From positions 2,232,001 to 2,296,000 of the forward strand of contig OZ176055.1 in assembly GCA_964247055.1 (NCBI GenBank): a DNA stretch of 64,000 nucleotides, read 5' to 3'. This document shows positions 1-25,030 of the stretch, in pieces. The first letter of the stretch is position 1. Every line of letters starts with the position of its first letter. A model generated the notes under the pieces. It was not told the DNA's origin. It worked only from the letters and a program-made list of their open reading frames with translations, and searched no databases. Both the position numbers and the translations under genes were made by a program. This DNA is from Paragordius varius. Taxonomy: Eukaryota; Animalia; Nematomorpha.

Positions 1-663
1 TGTCACATTGAACATTAATATCTAATATCATATCGTGGAATACACATAAAAATAATATTTAACATGTTTTTTTACTATATACATTTGTAAAGTTAAAGCA
101 ATTTTATGCATTTAACACAAAGATAAATTATTTTTAAATTACTACATAACATCCAACAAAAGACCACCCGAGTAATTTTTTGATTATCTAATGCTAATCA
201 TGACACTAAACCCAAATTAAAATCGTAAGTTAAACAAAAAATATCATTTAATAATTTTACAATAGCAACTAAAAAGGCATGGAATGAATTATTTAAACCT
301 CTTTCATAAAAATAATTTTAAATTTGAAGCGGGAAACAAGGCCGGTAAGGTTCAATGAATATGCTTGTTATGAGAAATGAATCCCTCACAAACATTAAAC
401 AAGATTTATGCATTTTAAAGCATAATATGTAAAAATTCATATGCTAAAATTTCACCATAATGTTTTTGATACGGATATAATATGAAACATTTTTAGTTTA
501 TTTAAAATATGAAAATGAAACTACATAGGTGGGACATTTAAATTAAGTATTATAGATACCAATGAAAAATAATCAACTGATACAGTTTGAACAACTTAAA
601 ATACAAAATCAAACCGTTTCTATTTAATTCAATTCCTTTACCATTTTGTGTTATAGTGTAATG

Positions 664-2588
664 CAGTGATACTAACCGCGGCCCGCGAGCCGCATGCGGC
701 CCTAAGAGAGATTTAAAATTGCCCTATCACTATATTGATAATTAAATTATTTTTTTATTAATGAATTTTAAAATGCACATAAAATTTCGCTTATTATAAT
801 ATTAATTTATTTTCTTCAGATTTACTTTTGGTAATTTTAGTTTTTACCCAATTCGAAATGTAGAAAAATTTTCCTATATTAAAATGATTTCAAAATTTTG
901 GCACACGTCTATTTATTTTCTTTATTTTGAAATTTTTATTGGATTCCTTTTTTGTATTTAAGCAAGCTTTTCGCCAAAACTTGCATGTACATATTCTTTT
1001 CATTGCTATCCTGCATCATTTTTTATAACTCATTCCCATAAAATATTTTGCAAATAAACATTAAATTTTAACCTGTTTTTTATAGCATAAAATTAAATTA
1101 TATTCCTATTTTTTGAAAAAATTTACATAATATTTAAACATAAATTCAAATGATGACATATAATGCTAAACAACGTAAATTATCCGATAAAAATTTCCCT
1201 TTAAAAAAGAATGGGAAGAAAAATTCTTTGTCTATTTAAATTTTTGCCAATGAATAATACCACTAAAGGAAGTGATTTTCTCAAAAGAATTAACACTTTT
1301 TTAGATAATAATGGTAGAAATTGGTTTCGATCCGCACAGATGGCTGTCCCTCTATGAAACCAAAGGATTATTCTTCTTTTGAAAAACAAATATAATTTGC
1401 AAAATATTTTATCCTTTCACTGCTTTATTCATCAGAAAAACTTGGTTTCGCGGTAAAAGATGAATCACTCAATAAATTAATTAAAACGGTTGTGGATATA
1501 GTTAACCATATCCGTGGCAGAAATTCTACCGCCGTAAATTCAAAAACCTTCTGAAAGATATCCACAGTGAGTCTGATGATATTCTTTTGTACATCGCTGA
1601 GATATGGCTAAGCCTTAGCGAAGTATTAAATAGATTTTTTGTTTTAAGACATGAAATTCTATCATTATAAAAGATAACAGAAAGTTTGACGAGAAAATTA
1701 ATAGTGACAAATGCTGGGTTTTGCCTACCTTTGCAACATTACTTATAAACTTGGTATTTTTAATACGTCATCAAGGGAGCAAAATAACAATTTAATTTGC
1801 TAATCAAATATTTGCTTTTGAAGAAAAATTTATTATATATAAACAAGATTGCATAAATAAACACTCCTATATTTTTCAACACATACCGCGGAGACTAATT
1901 AATAATAGACAAATCATTTAACATTTTTAGCTAATGAGATGAAATTTAGATTTCAAAAATTAAGAAATATTAAAAAATGCTTAAAATTCGTTGAAAATCC
2001 ATGGCATATGGATATATTCAATATTAAGCAACTTGAGCATTTCGGTTTCAGGCTATCATTGAAGAATGTAGATTTCAAAAATAATTCCAATTTGGAGACT
2101 ATAATCAAGGAGAATCATAGAGAAGAAAGATATGTAGAGTTGTGGCAAGATTGGCCAAATAAATATGAAAATATAAAAAAATGTCCTCAAATCCTAACTG
2201 TTTTTCTTTCAACTTACACGTGTGATATGGCATATTCCAAAATAAAATATGTCAAGAATATACAAAGAAATCGCTTAACCGATGATCATATCGACGACGT
2301 ATTAAGATTGGCCTGTCATGAGGCGAAACCAAATTTGTCAAAAAACATTGGTTAATATCAAAATAAAAATTGTTATCAAAATATTTTAATTTTTTAAACT
2401 AAATGGTGCACAACGAGTTTTTAGCTGGATTTACATGCGATCCGCAAAAAAATCATTGTGCCGATTTAGAGTATAAATATGTGCATATATGTTAAATAGA
2501 TATGGAATATTTGCCATTATAAGGTTCATGGCCCTCAAAAAAAATATATTTTATTTGGCCCGTCAAGTTTTTTTGGTGAGTACCACTG
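664..2588 (+). mobile_element. Degenerate hAT (Charlie/SPIN/GTF2IRD2-like) DNA transposon
   Basis: TIRs CAGTGATACTAACC (664-677) and the reverse complement of GGTGAGTACCACTG (2575-2588) match at 12/14. Perfect 8-bp TSD GTGTAATG at 656-663 and 2589-2596. Subterminal GCGGCCCGCG motifs. Internal transposase remnants. Confidence 0.93.
1430..2355 (+). pseudogene. Broken hAT transposase remnant
   Basis: Fragments in several frames: VVDIVNHIRG, LLYIAEIWLS (degenerate LLLHTEVRWLS) and AYLCNIT. ORF 1939-2355 carries the C-terminal dimerisation-type motif FLSTYTCDMAYSKIKYVKNIQRNRLTD. Confidence 0.85.
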
Positions 2589-2618
2589 GTGTAATGTGTA
2601 TCATGGTTCTTAATATTA

Positions 2619-5575
2619 TTAATTCTTATTATTAAATTTTTTACCTTTTATTACATTCGGAGATTTGCTGTTTGTCGGGATACCAACCTTATCACTATTC
2701 GGTTTATGGGGATTTTGGATTTTAAACGATTTGAATCTTGCTGCTAAAGCTTCATCTAGCATATATTTGCACAATATTAAATCTCAAATAATAATAATAA
2801 ATATCAATCATTAAAGCGTATTTATGCAATCAAAAGAATTTATAAGAAATTTAATAGCAAAATGTTTTTGATATCAATAAAAATAAAATATATTCCTTAA
2901 ATAAAAGTTTTAAATTTTTACCAATTTTGTTAAACTCATATGACTCACCCTTTGGGTCATCAACAGATGGATTGAATTGTTGATCCTTGTTCTGATACTC
3001 GTTTGATATTAATTTCCAATCCCTATCATTGTCACTGGGGTCAAACTTTTGGTTGGTCGACCTATCCGCTCCATATCGTCGATTACCACCTCTCCGTTGA
3101 TTCGTTCGTCGTGAAGAAGATCGATGTTTAGGAGGTTTTTTTCCACCATAATACTCCCTATCTGTAACTTGTAATCCTTCATAAGTATTTAACGTATTAT
3201 CGATTGGGGGACCCTTTAAAAATGTATCCACACCATGATGAGATTGACCACCCTGAAAAGCTGTACCCATAAAGTTCCTGGGGCTAAAACCTTGATGTCC
3301 ACCGCCCCATTCCGCCCCCATATCCCTGCCTGTGCCTGGAATAAAACCAGGGATTGCACCTTGGGTTTGAGTGTAATCGATCGATGAGTGAGGTATCATA
3401 CCTCCAACGTTGGGGATTCCTATTATATTGCGATTCAAAATTAAATAAAGGCCAAAAATCTGTCTAAACATTAGTTTTAAATTATATTTAACCATGTTTT
3501 TGATAAAATAATTAAATTAAACCATTCATATTTATTGGTGATCCTCCTTGTTGATGTAGGGGGAAATGTACTGGGTTATCGTATCCAGGTGGTGGTTTTA
3601 AATATTGACCTGCGCTAAACTGTTGATCTGGACCCTTAGCGTGATCAAAATAAAACGGCGGCATTATTTTTTTTACATAATGACCTGGATCAGTGTTTTG
3701 CAAAGATTCATCCCCAGGATTTAGGTGATAAGGGAAGTTAGGATTTTGATACACCATAGAATTGCGTTCTCTAGGATCCTTGGGCGGTCCATCCACTCCT
3801 GTTATAAATCTCGGGTCTAGCGGATGATTTCCAAACCGATCACGCCTTTTGGGGCCATAAGGGTTATGACTTGGTGGAAAATATCCATCAGGACTACTGT
3901 CATAAGGATGGGGACTGCCACCTCTTCTCCTTCCCATCCCACGCCTGCCATTGTCATATCCCCGGCTCCGAGCTCGTTCATCCAAATTATTATTGATCAT
4001 AACGTCATTCATTTCATCATCTTCATCGCCTCTTTGAGGCTGAGGGCGTCTCCGTCTTTGCTGGGCATATTTGGCTCTTTCACGTCTCTCCTCTTCTTCG
4101 GCTTGTTGCCGACGTTGTTGTTCCACCGTAGCCAAATACGGTCTTATGTGATCGGGGACAAAGGGTCCACCCCCACCCTGCGCTCCTAACATTTGATCTC
4201 CGCCACCGCTAGAACCTAGACGTCCACCTCCCATTCCTATCAAGGGATGCAAGGGTGATGGATGTACTTGAAGTCCAGATCCTCCACCACCTCCCATATT
4301 CAAACCCGATAAACCTTGACCCACCATGGATGTCGGACTGAATCCGTTCTGTATGGCTGACATTAGACCCTGATTAGGGCTTGATGGTATGAGTCTGCTA
4401 GCAGCGTTATGTTGTTGATTATTATTTTGGGCATTAAGAGCGGCTTGGGGATTGGGGGTTGATTGTGTCGGTACCGGTGTTGAAGGGGTAGAAGGGATAA
4501 CTTTTTTATTCGTGTTATCTGGCTTTGATTTTGGGCCGGTATTGATCCCCGCTTTTTCCTTTGCAGCTTTTTCGGCTTCTTGTTTCGCTTTTTGTCGTTC
4601 ATTTTCTTTTTCAAGTACTTGGAAAATAGGAGAGTCGCGACTAAAAAAGCCTCCTTTACTTAGTAAACCTGTGGGGATTGGGTTGTTTAACCCTAATTCC
4701 CCAATTAATCCCGGGCCAGAATCTTTATTTGATCGTTTAGATACGCTATTGAGATTTGTTTCGTTTTGACTCTTTGATTCTGACATAAATTGTTCGTCGG
4801 TGAATTCACGTAATATTTTATTAGAGTTTATTGAATCATCATCCATCATGTTCTCCGACTTACTGTTAGCATTTAAGTGGCGACTCATGTGTCTGATCGG
4901 TTTTTCGCTTTTTTTATTGTTTAATTTTGCTGTATTCATATCTGAACTTATTGTGAATTCAAAAATGCCTTCATTACTAAGACTGGGTGGTTTGTTGTTA
5001 AGATTCCTTCCTTCCCCTGAACGCTTAAACAAAATTGATGAATTAGGATAGAGTAAGTGTACATTTGGTACGAATGCCGATTCCAAATCATTGGTTATTA
5101 CATTTATTTCGTCGGAAATGATTTTATGTTCTTGGCCATATATCTATAATAGAATAAATATATTATATTTACGGACCACGATATTTTATTATATACCACA
5201 ACTTTTGAACCTTAACCATATTATAAATAAAGGATGAATGTCTAACTATCAAAAAGTTTTTTAAAAATAAATCCCACTAAGAGCTTATTACCTTAGGATA
5301 CGGCGGTTAGACGGTACATGCCTAGCCGAAAGTTATTTTTTGTAAAATATTTAAATATCTCGCAAACGTACAAGTTTTTTTAAATAATTCATAAAGAGGT
5401 TATATGGGTTGTATTTTGGAAATATTTTATTTCAAATTATTGTAACCAAATGTTAGTTTCTTACTTAGAAAGCGTCAAAAAATTAATTAAAAAACTAAAA
5501 TATGTAATTATTGATTACCTGAAACCAGAATTTTACATATACTGTCCAAGCAAAAAAAATGTGCAGTAGCCCCAT
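2619..5575 (-). CDS. Secreted low-complexity Gly/Pro/Asn/Arg-rich protein of unknown family (about 770 aa, 4 coding exons)
   Basis: Exons 5575-5519, 5143-3523, 3419-2922 and 2755 (or 2782)-2619. All have GT-AG boundaries with consistent phases (0,1,1). Exons 1+2 give the signal-peptide-like MGLLHIFFAWTVYVKFWFQIYG-QE. ORFs 3512-5086 and 2851-3495 are exons 2 and 3. The 3' end is uncertain: there is a possible donor AAG|GTAAAA at 2645/2644. Confidence 0.8.
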
Positions 5576-6338
5576 ACTTATAACAAGTATTAGGTATAAA
5601 AGGTAACGATGATATTTTAGTAAAAGCAATATAGGAGGGAGGACAAAACCCAATTAAAATTGATTACTGAATATTTAAATTAATTTTTTTTAAAATAAAA
5701 AAAAAATGTGATGAAAGCATAAAGTTAACGGATAATCTAAATTAAAATATTTTTGTTTCATTTTCAAAACAATAGGATAAAAATTGTGATAATATTTTAG
5801 TTTACATTTATTTTCCAATTAAATCCATACAAATATGTTTAAATTTAGAGGTGTCATATTTTCTTCAATTTCATTCACAAGTTTCATATAAATGGCTTAA
5901 TAATGTTATAAATATTTTGTCAAAATAATTAAAACAAAAAAAAAGTTAAATTTATCATGGATATATGTGACCTATCATTAGACATATATAGTTAAAAACA
6001 CTTTTTCGTATATACATTAAAAAAATTATTTTTGATCATTATTTAGTTTAATGAACTTTATCAATCGATAAACTAATATCAATTAAAAAAGATAAAAAAT
6101 AATGAATTAAAACCGTTTTTTTTCTTTATAATAAAACTATGTGACTCTAATTGAATTAATAAACAGTTAAATCATTTTCGAAAAAAATCATTTTTTCCTG
6201 CTTCTTTAACCTATGTTCCTTCTGACAAAAACAATACACAAAGACCAATTTCCTTTGTTGATATGAGTTTAATAGTTTTTTTACATATAATGTTTTATAC
6301 TGCATATAAATTAAAAAAATGATTAAAGGATATATATA

Positions 6339-7375
6339 CCATTTTTGATACAAAAACAACATTTTTTCAAGCAAACACAGCAATTTTTGTAAAATTAAAA
6401 ACATTTTTTTTATTTAATGACAATTTAATTATTAAATTTAAATAATTTAATTTTAGCGTTGAATTAAGTATTTATTTAATTTAAATATTGTAATTTAATT
6501 TTAGCGTTGTAATGATTTAATTGTTTTATCATTAATATTTAATGGTACATGATTTTAAGCATTTTAATTTTGCCCATATATTGCATTAAGTTTATATTAT
6601 AGTTTTTCTTTTACAACTTTAGTTCGTCTATAATCAATTTACGCAATTCGCTCTTCAAGAGAGTCCCTGAATATTTAAAGTTGTCCCTTAAAGTTGCTTA
6701 CATTTTTTGCAGTTTGCATACAACCGTAATATTTGTATGTAATTATCTATTTTTTAAAATTTAACCTAAAATCTTTATTTAGTATTTATTCATTTAAAAT
6801 TAATATTTTTATAGTAAAAACAACTTATTTGTTTAACTATTTTTTTTAATTTAAGTATTAAAAACATTGAATTTTTAAACCAAATATTACAATCAATAAC
6901 CAACAAAATTTAGATATTTTTAAATATAGTTAAATTTTTTTATATAAATAATAAGGATATACGGATCTTATAAAAAAAAGCTGGTATTCATTTAAAAGTT
7001 TGAAAATAGGTATAAAATGATAGGATAGATTGAAGAAACAACTTTAAATTTTCAAGCACACTCTCAAATTATATAAATTGATTGTAGGTGAAGCTAAATA
7101 TAGTAAAAGATTTAGTATAGATAATGCAAATTATAAGCAAACCATTAAATATTGAAGATAAAACAATAAAAATTATATATCAACGCTAAAATTAAATTAT
7201 ATTTACTTAAAATTATAAAAGTATAATTAAATTGTCATAAAATAAAAAAATGTTTTTATTTTAAATTGTTGTTTTTGCTTGAAAAAATGTTGTCTTTGGT
7301 TTAAAATACGTTGCGTTTGCTTGAAAATATGTAGCCTTTGCTTGAAAAAATGTTGCGATCCATATATTATAAAAT
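6339..7375. mobile_element. Old foldback/MITE of the TATA|CCATTT clade (family I)
   Basis: Left end TATA|CCATTT at 6339. Arms 6340-6500 and 7180-7370 are degenerate inverted repeats. The right arm has 21-bp units such as TTTGCTTGAAAAAATGTTGCG. The right terminus is eroded. Confidence 0.6.
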
Positions 7376-8445
7376 TAAAAATTTAAGGACTCTATTAAAA
7401 TGGCAAAACCACAAATTGTCACATTAGGTCGAATTATAGAAAAATATTTTTTTTAAAAAAATACGATGTAGGATTGGATGTGTAGCTACGGTCAATATTG
7501 AAAACAATATAAATCTAAACTTTGTTTTATATTGTTTTCTGATAAGGTTTAATTGGTTTACCCCCTTATGCATGTACCATTGACCTTTCCCTCCCAACAT
7601 CAAAACATTCTCTAATAATAAGTTTCCTAAAATTTAATATATAAAAAGCGATCCATTTAACCAAAAAATTAAAGGTTTCATATTAACTGATTTCTCTCCA
7701 CTTACAATAACCTCAGATTATGTCTTGATAGGAGTGATTTTTTTTCAAATCGGCAAATTTTAATATCAAAACTATTTGCTAATTGTCTTAACTTAATTAG
7801 TTTCCGGGTGATGGTTTATTATAAGAAGATTAATTAAGAGCTAGAGCCAATATGGGTTAAATAGTTTATTTATATTACGATGGGGTAATCATATAGATTT
7901 GGTGTAATAATATGCACTGTTACACTTTTCTAAAAAAAATCTCATGGAAAACTATGATATATTTTACAATTTAAATCTTAGAACCAGGGTAGGTTAATAA
8001 ATACAAGAAAGCCAATATACTCTAAAATTTATTAATGATATTGTTGATAATCGGATATAATATATATAGTAAATATATTTCTCTGGTAAGAGTTGTCTTC
8101 AAAAGGTATGTATTATCAATACAGGAATAACCAATTATTTAAAACTAACATGTTAGAATATAAGTGTGAATAATGAATGTTAAAAATAGGATATAGATAC
8201 ATTTCTAATGCTACTCTAATATGTGGGGGGGGGGGTATAGGTAGTATCAAAAAAACGTATAAATATTTCATTTATAACCATTTTATCCGTTTAGATTTAT
8301 TGATTTATATCAAAATTTATAAAATTGTAATTAATTTTTTCAAATACTTTATATATAATATTATATTGTTCATAAATGTATTATAGTGTGTATGATAAAT
8401 TTATAAGGCAATTGGCAATGATTTGTATTATACGATATATATATA

Positions 8446-8672
8446 CAGTAAAAAATTGAAATTATACGGACAAAACGAAAAAATATACATACAAATATTT
8501 TTTGTTCACTTGATTATTTCAATAAAACTCATTAGTTTAATCGTATGTGTATCAAATACAGATGTAATGGGAAATCTCATAGATTGTTTAGAAAAGTATG
8601 GTTTTTTCTTTTGAAAAAAAATATTTGTCTTTATATTTTAACGTTTTCTCTGTATAGTTTCAATTTTTACTG
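8446..8672. mobile_element. Tc1/mariner-like MITE (family L)
   Basis: TIR CAGTAAAAA(A)TTGAAA(T/C)TATAC at both ends, preceded by a TA run. A degenerate relative lies at about 45025-45315. Confidence 0.6.
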
Positions 8673-9352
8673 CATTTATTAGATCTAAACAATGAATAAA
8701 ATATCAATCTCGTCACTTGATTATGGTAAAGTTAATCAAACAATTACACTGAAAAAAAAATAATATGGCAAATGTATTAGAGTATATAAGGGGAGTTGGT
8801 ATACACAGACATAACTGTATAGTCCAACAGTAATAATTGTATAGAGAATTAGTTATATGTATACTAATATATATATAATAAATAAATTATTTAAAATTAC
8901 TAAAAGAATTGATTTTCTCAGGGAATTACAACTACAATTGATATGGGTGTGGTATTGTTTAATTTAGTTAAAGGAGGGGAAAGTTTTATAAACTAAAAGA
9001 TATAAATTAATTTTAAAAGATAAGATATTAAAATCACTCGGTATATATCATATTTATCTAATAAGCTAACATAAAAATAGTTGTAAAAAGAAAAGAGTCA
9101 TTTTATTTTAACTAAAAAAAGTGATTGATTCTGCGATCAATATATGTATGTATATCACATCTAACAATACAATTAATTAATTTAAAATCAGGGGGTGTAC
9201 TCTGTTTTTGTAATAACGAAACTAGTTAAATAATATGATGTATAAAAAAATAAACATCATCTTGTTTTTTTCCAAAAACCGTTCAAACAAAAGTTAGGCC
9301 GACTAATTAAGAGTGTAGGACCCTTTATATGATACTACCCCTAGAAGGAAAA

Positions 9353-21536
<12,184 letters not shown>

Positions 21537-21799
21537 TTTTAAGGCAGTATATCAAAGAACAAAAATCTCATATCAAAACAAACAAAATGCTGAGTTTCGG
21601 TGTAATAAATAAGCGATTCAATCCATACGGTACGATAAACAAACAAAACGAAATTTAAATCAAAAGTTATAATATTTAAATAATTATACGTACAGAAGAT
21701 TTTTGTTATAATTTAGAATAATAATTTAATACACTATTTAATATAAAGAATGCCTGATATTTGATAGTTTAGGATATATATTTGTGTAAAAAAATTTTC

Positions 21800-22341
21800 A
21801 TCCTGGGGTATCTACATAATTAAAGATATAACTTTAAAAATTCAAGGAAACGGTTTAAAATATATACTTCTATCATAATGCAAAATTTATAAATAAGCTA
21901 AAATATCTTAATATTTTGTTTTGAAAAAAAGGTTTTATGTCAAACTACCTCGACGCGATTTTTATTTTACAAATTTTTGCGAAATATCTTCTTCAATTAA
22001 TTTTAAGGGTAAAATTGAAGCTAATTTATTTATACATCTAACATTAATAGAAATAGAGAAAGCGGTTTATTTTGTATTATTTTTAAATTTTACCTTTGCA
22101 CACATCTCACGTTGACTAAATTTTTACCTTTCAGTTTTAGGTTAAAATAAGTAATATCAAGTATTTTTGAATGAAATTTTTTATATATTTCGGTTTATTA
22201 ATATGTTATATAAGTGCAAAATTTTACCATGGCTTCGATTCCTTCCATATTTTTTAAAGTATTTGATTTCAAACAGGCCTGGGGTATCCAAATACCCCAA
22301 TTTGAATCGAAGGACTAAAATGGGTGCGTTGTATCCAAGTG
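21800..22341 (+). mobile_element. piggyBac-like MITE family A, copy with eroded 5' end
   Basis: Colinear with the 24268-24849 copy; ends GTATCCAAGTG|TTAA. Confidence 0.75.
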
Positions 22342-22349
22342 TTAAATAT

Positions 22350-22906
22350 GTTATCACATTCATTTTAGTCCTTCATTGGGGTAGTTGGATACCTCAGGCC
22401 TGTTTAAAATTAAATACTTTAAAAAGTATGGACCCAATCAAAACCATGGCAAAATTTTGCACTTATATAACATCAATAAACCGAAATATATAAAAAATTT
22501 TATTTAAAATACTTGATATTACTTATTTCGAGCTAAAACTGAAAGGTAATTTAGTTAACGTGACATGTGTCAAATTGAAAAATTATAAAATAATACTAAA
22601 TAAATCGCTTTTTCTATTTCTATCAATGTTTAATTTATATAAAAAATAAGCATTAGTTTTACCCTTAAAATTAAATGAAGACGATATTTTGCAAAATTTT
22701 TGTAAAATAAAAATGGCGTCGAAGTAGTTTGAGATGACACTTTTTTTCAAAACAAAATTTTATCAAGATATTTTGGCATATTTATATAATATTTATCAGG
22801 ATAGAAGCATAAATTTAAAATGGGACCGTTTCCTTCAGTAGTTTTTTAAAAATTTTAATTTTAATTTAGTCTGGGGTATTTAGATACCCCAATTTGAATT
22901 GTAGTG
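22350..22906 (-). mobile_element. Family A copy, inverted, tail-to-tail with the previous copy
   Basis: Reverse complement of family A; ends ...TTTGAATTGTAGTG|TTAA at 22906. Confidence 0.8.
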
Positions 22907-23451
22907 TTAATTTTTTATGGAATATTTTATAATAATTTTATTTTGTCATTTTATAACAATGATGCCAAAATATGAAAAATGTAATATCTTAGTATTTTTT
23001 ACGGAATATCCTGAAAAATTTCGAAATGAATGAGCTTTTTTAAAACTATAAATAATACCATTTTGGGTATGATGCCACGATGCCGTTGTTATTATTTATA
23101 GATAAATACCTAAACTCATTCATTATCATGTTAATAAATAAATACTGTGGCTTTAAGTTACTTATAAAATGTGAACATAAAAATGAAATAGAATATAGCA
23201 TGATTGGTGGGTGCTTTTTGTTGTACCCCGTAATTTTTAAAAAATATCACGATTGTGTTAATCCAGACATATTGGAGCTTCATCATATCACACAGTGTCA
23301 GCATATATATCCTGATTATAAATATATATATATTTATATATATATAAAAAAAATGCAGAATTTTTATTATTTTTAAGCGGTACTAATGATACAAGAAAAT
23401 TTTCACTGTTCTCCGCTCGAGCAAACGGCAAAATTTGCGGACATTAAATGA

Positions 23452-23610
23452 AAATTTTGATTCAGCTAAACTCTTTTGTAAATAAACCAAGTACAAAAAT
23501 TTTATTTTTAAAGGGCTCCGAAACATTAAAATAAAAATTTAGATTCAGCTAAACTCTTTTGTTAAAAAACTAAGTATAAATTTTATTTTTAAAAGGCTAC
23601 GAAAGTCATA
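23452..23610. repeat. Two-copy direct tandem duplication of about 90 bp
   Basis: GATTCAGCTAAACTCTTTTGT...ATTTTATTTTTAAA occurs twice in tandem. Confidence 0.7.
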
Positions 23611-23743
23611 ATTTTTTATTTATATGATTGAGTTAGCCCAGTTAAGTTTCGATTACATGCACCGAATTCTATTACATCGAAACTTTTTATTGGTTTGGAA
23701 TTGTAAAAAATAATAATTTTACCATAACGCACAAATATTTTAA

Positions 23744-25030
23744 CACTCGATTTAAATTGGCGTATCTAAATACCCCAGACAATATTTATGTTGACTACTA
23801 AAAGAAACGGTTTCAATATTAAATATATGCTTCTATCCTAATAAAAATTAAATAAAAGTCATCAATAAAATTTAGGTTGGAAAGTCCGTATCATACTACT
23901 TGGGCGCCATTTTTATTTTACAACCTGCAAAATATCGTGTCAAATTGGAGTTTCTAAATATCCCATATATTTAAGTTAATATTTCTTAAAAACTATTAAA
24001 GGAAACGGTCAAAATTTATAAATTCTTGCTTCTATCCAAATAAATATTATATAAATAAGTCATATTTTAATAAAATTAAGTTTGAATAAAGGGGTATATC
24101 AAACTATTTGGACGCCATTTTTATTTTACAACATTTTTGCAAAATATCGTGTTTATTTAATTTTAGGCCTCAAATTTAGTTTTTATGAAAGTAAAGTGGT
24201 ATATTTTGCATTATTTTTTGATTTAGCTTTTGCACATATAGTGGATAAATTTTTACCTTTTATTTAACACTTCGATTCAAATTGGGGTATCTAAATACCC
24301 CAGACTAAATTTAAATTAAAATTTTTAAAAAACTACTAAAGGAAACTGTCCCAATTTAAATTTATGCTTCTATCATGATAAATATTATATAAATATGCCA
24401 AAATATCTTGATAAAATTTTGTTTTGAAAAAAAAGTTCCATCTCAAACTACTTCGACGCCATTTTTATTTTACAAAATTTTTGCAAAATATCGTCTTCAT
24501 TTAATTTTAAGGGTAAAACTAAAGCTTATTTTTTATATAAATTACATCTAACATTGATAGAAATAGAAAAAGCGGTTTATTTTGTATTATTTTTTAATTT
24601 TACAATTTGACACATGCCACGTTGACTAATTTTTTACTTTTCAGTTTTAGGTCAAAATAAGTAATATCAAGTATTTTTGAATAAAATTTTTTATATATTT
24701 CGGTTTATTAATGGTATATAAGTGCAAAATTTTGCCATGGTTTCGATTGCTGCCATACATTTTAAAGTATTTGATTTTAAACAGGCCTGGGGTATTCAAC
24801 TACCCCAATTTGAATCGAAGGACTAAAATGAGTGTTTTGTATCCAAGTGTTAATTCTGAATAAGTAATATCAAGTATTTTTGAATAAATTTTTAATTAAT
24901 TTTTTAATTTTATGTAAGTGCAAACTTTTATGGTTTCGATTTATATTTTTTTAAATATTTAATTTTCAAGACTGAAACATCTAACTATCCCAATTTGAAT
25001 CGAAGGACTGAAATGATTTGCATCCTAGTG
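23744..25030 (+). mobile_element. Old family A copy interrupted by a younger family A copy
   Basis: Begins TTAA|CACTCGATTTAAATTGG, follows the A consensus to 24263, resumes after 24853 and ends ...CATCCTAGTG. Confidence 0.75.
24268..24849 (+). mobile_element. piggyBac-like MITE family A, reference copy (582 bp)
   Basis: TTAA at 24264-24267 and 24850-24853. TIR CACTTCGATTCAAA / CACTTGGATACAAA (12/14). A 19-bp internal inverted repeat TTCGATTCAAATTGGGGTA lies 3 bp from the left end and 30 bp from the right end. Confidence 0.88.

Noticed and set aside
3824-5051. Plus-strand ORFs overlapping gene 1 (similar ones overlap SIK at 14306-15294 and 18367-19296)
   Set aside because: Antisense shadows of GC-richer coding exons, with no independent splice structure or motifs.
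7562-7626. Minus-strand exon-like segment (GNLLLENVLMLGGKGQWYMHKG)
   Set aside because: I could not link it to compatible neighbouring exons, and gene 1 already has a plausible ATG exon. Left unassigned.
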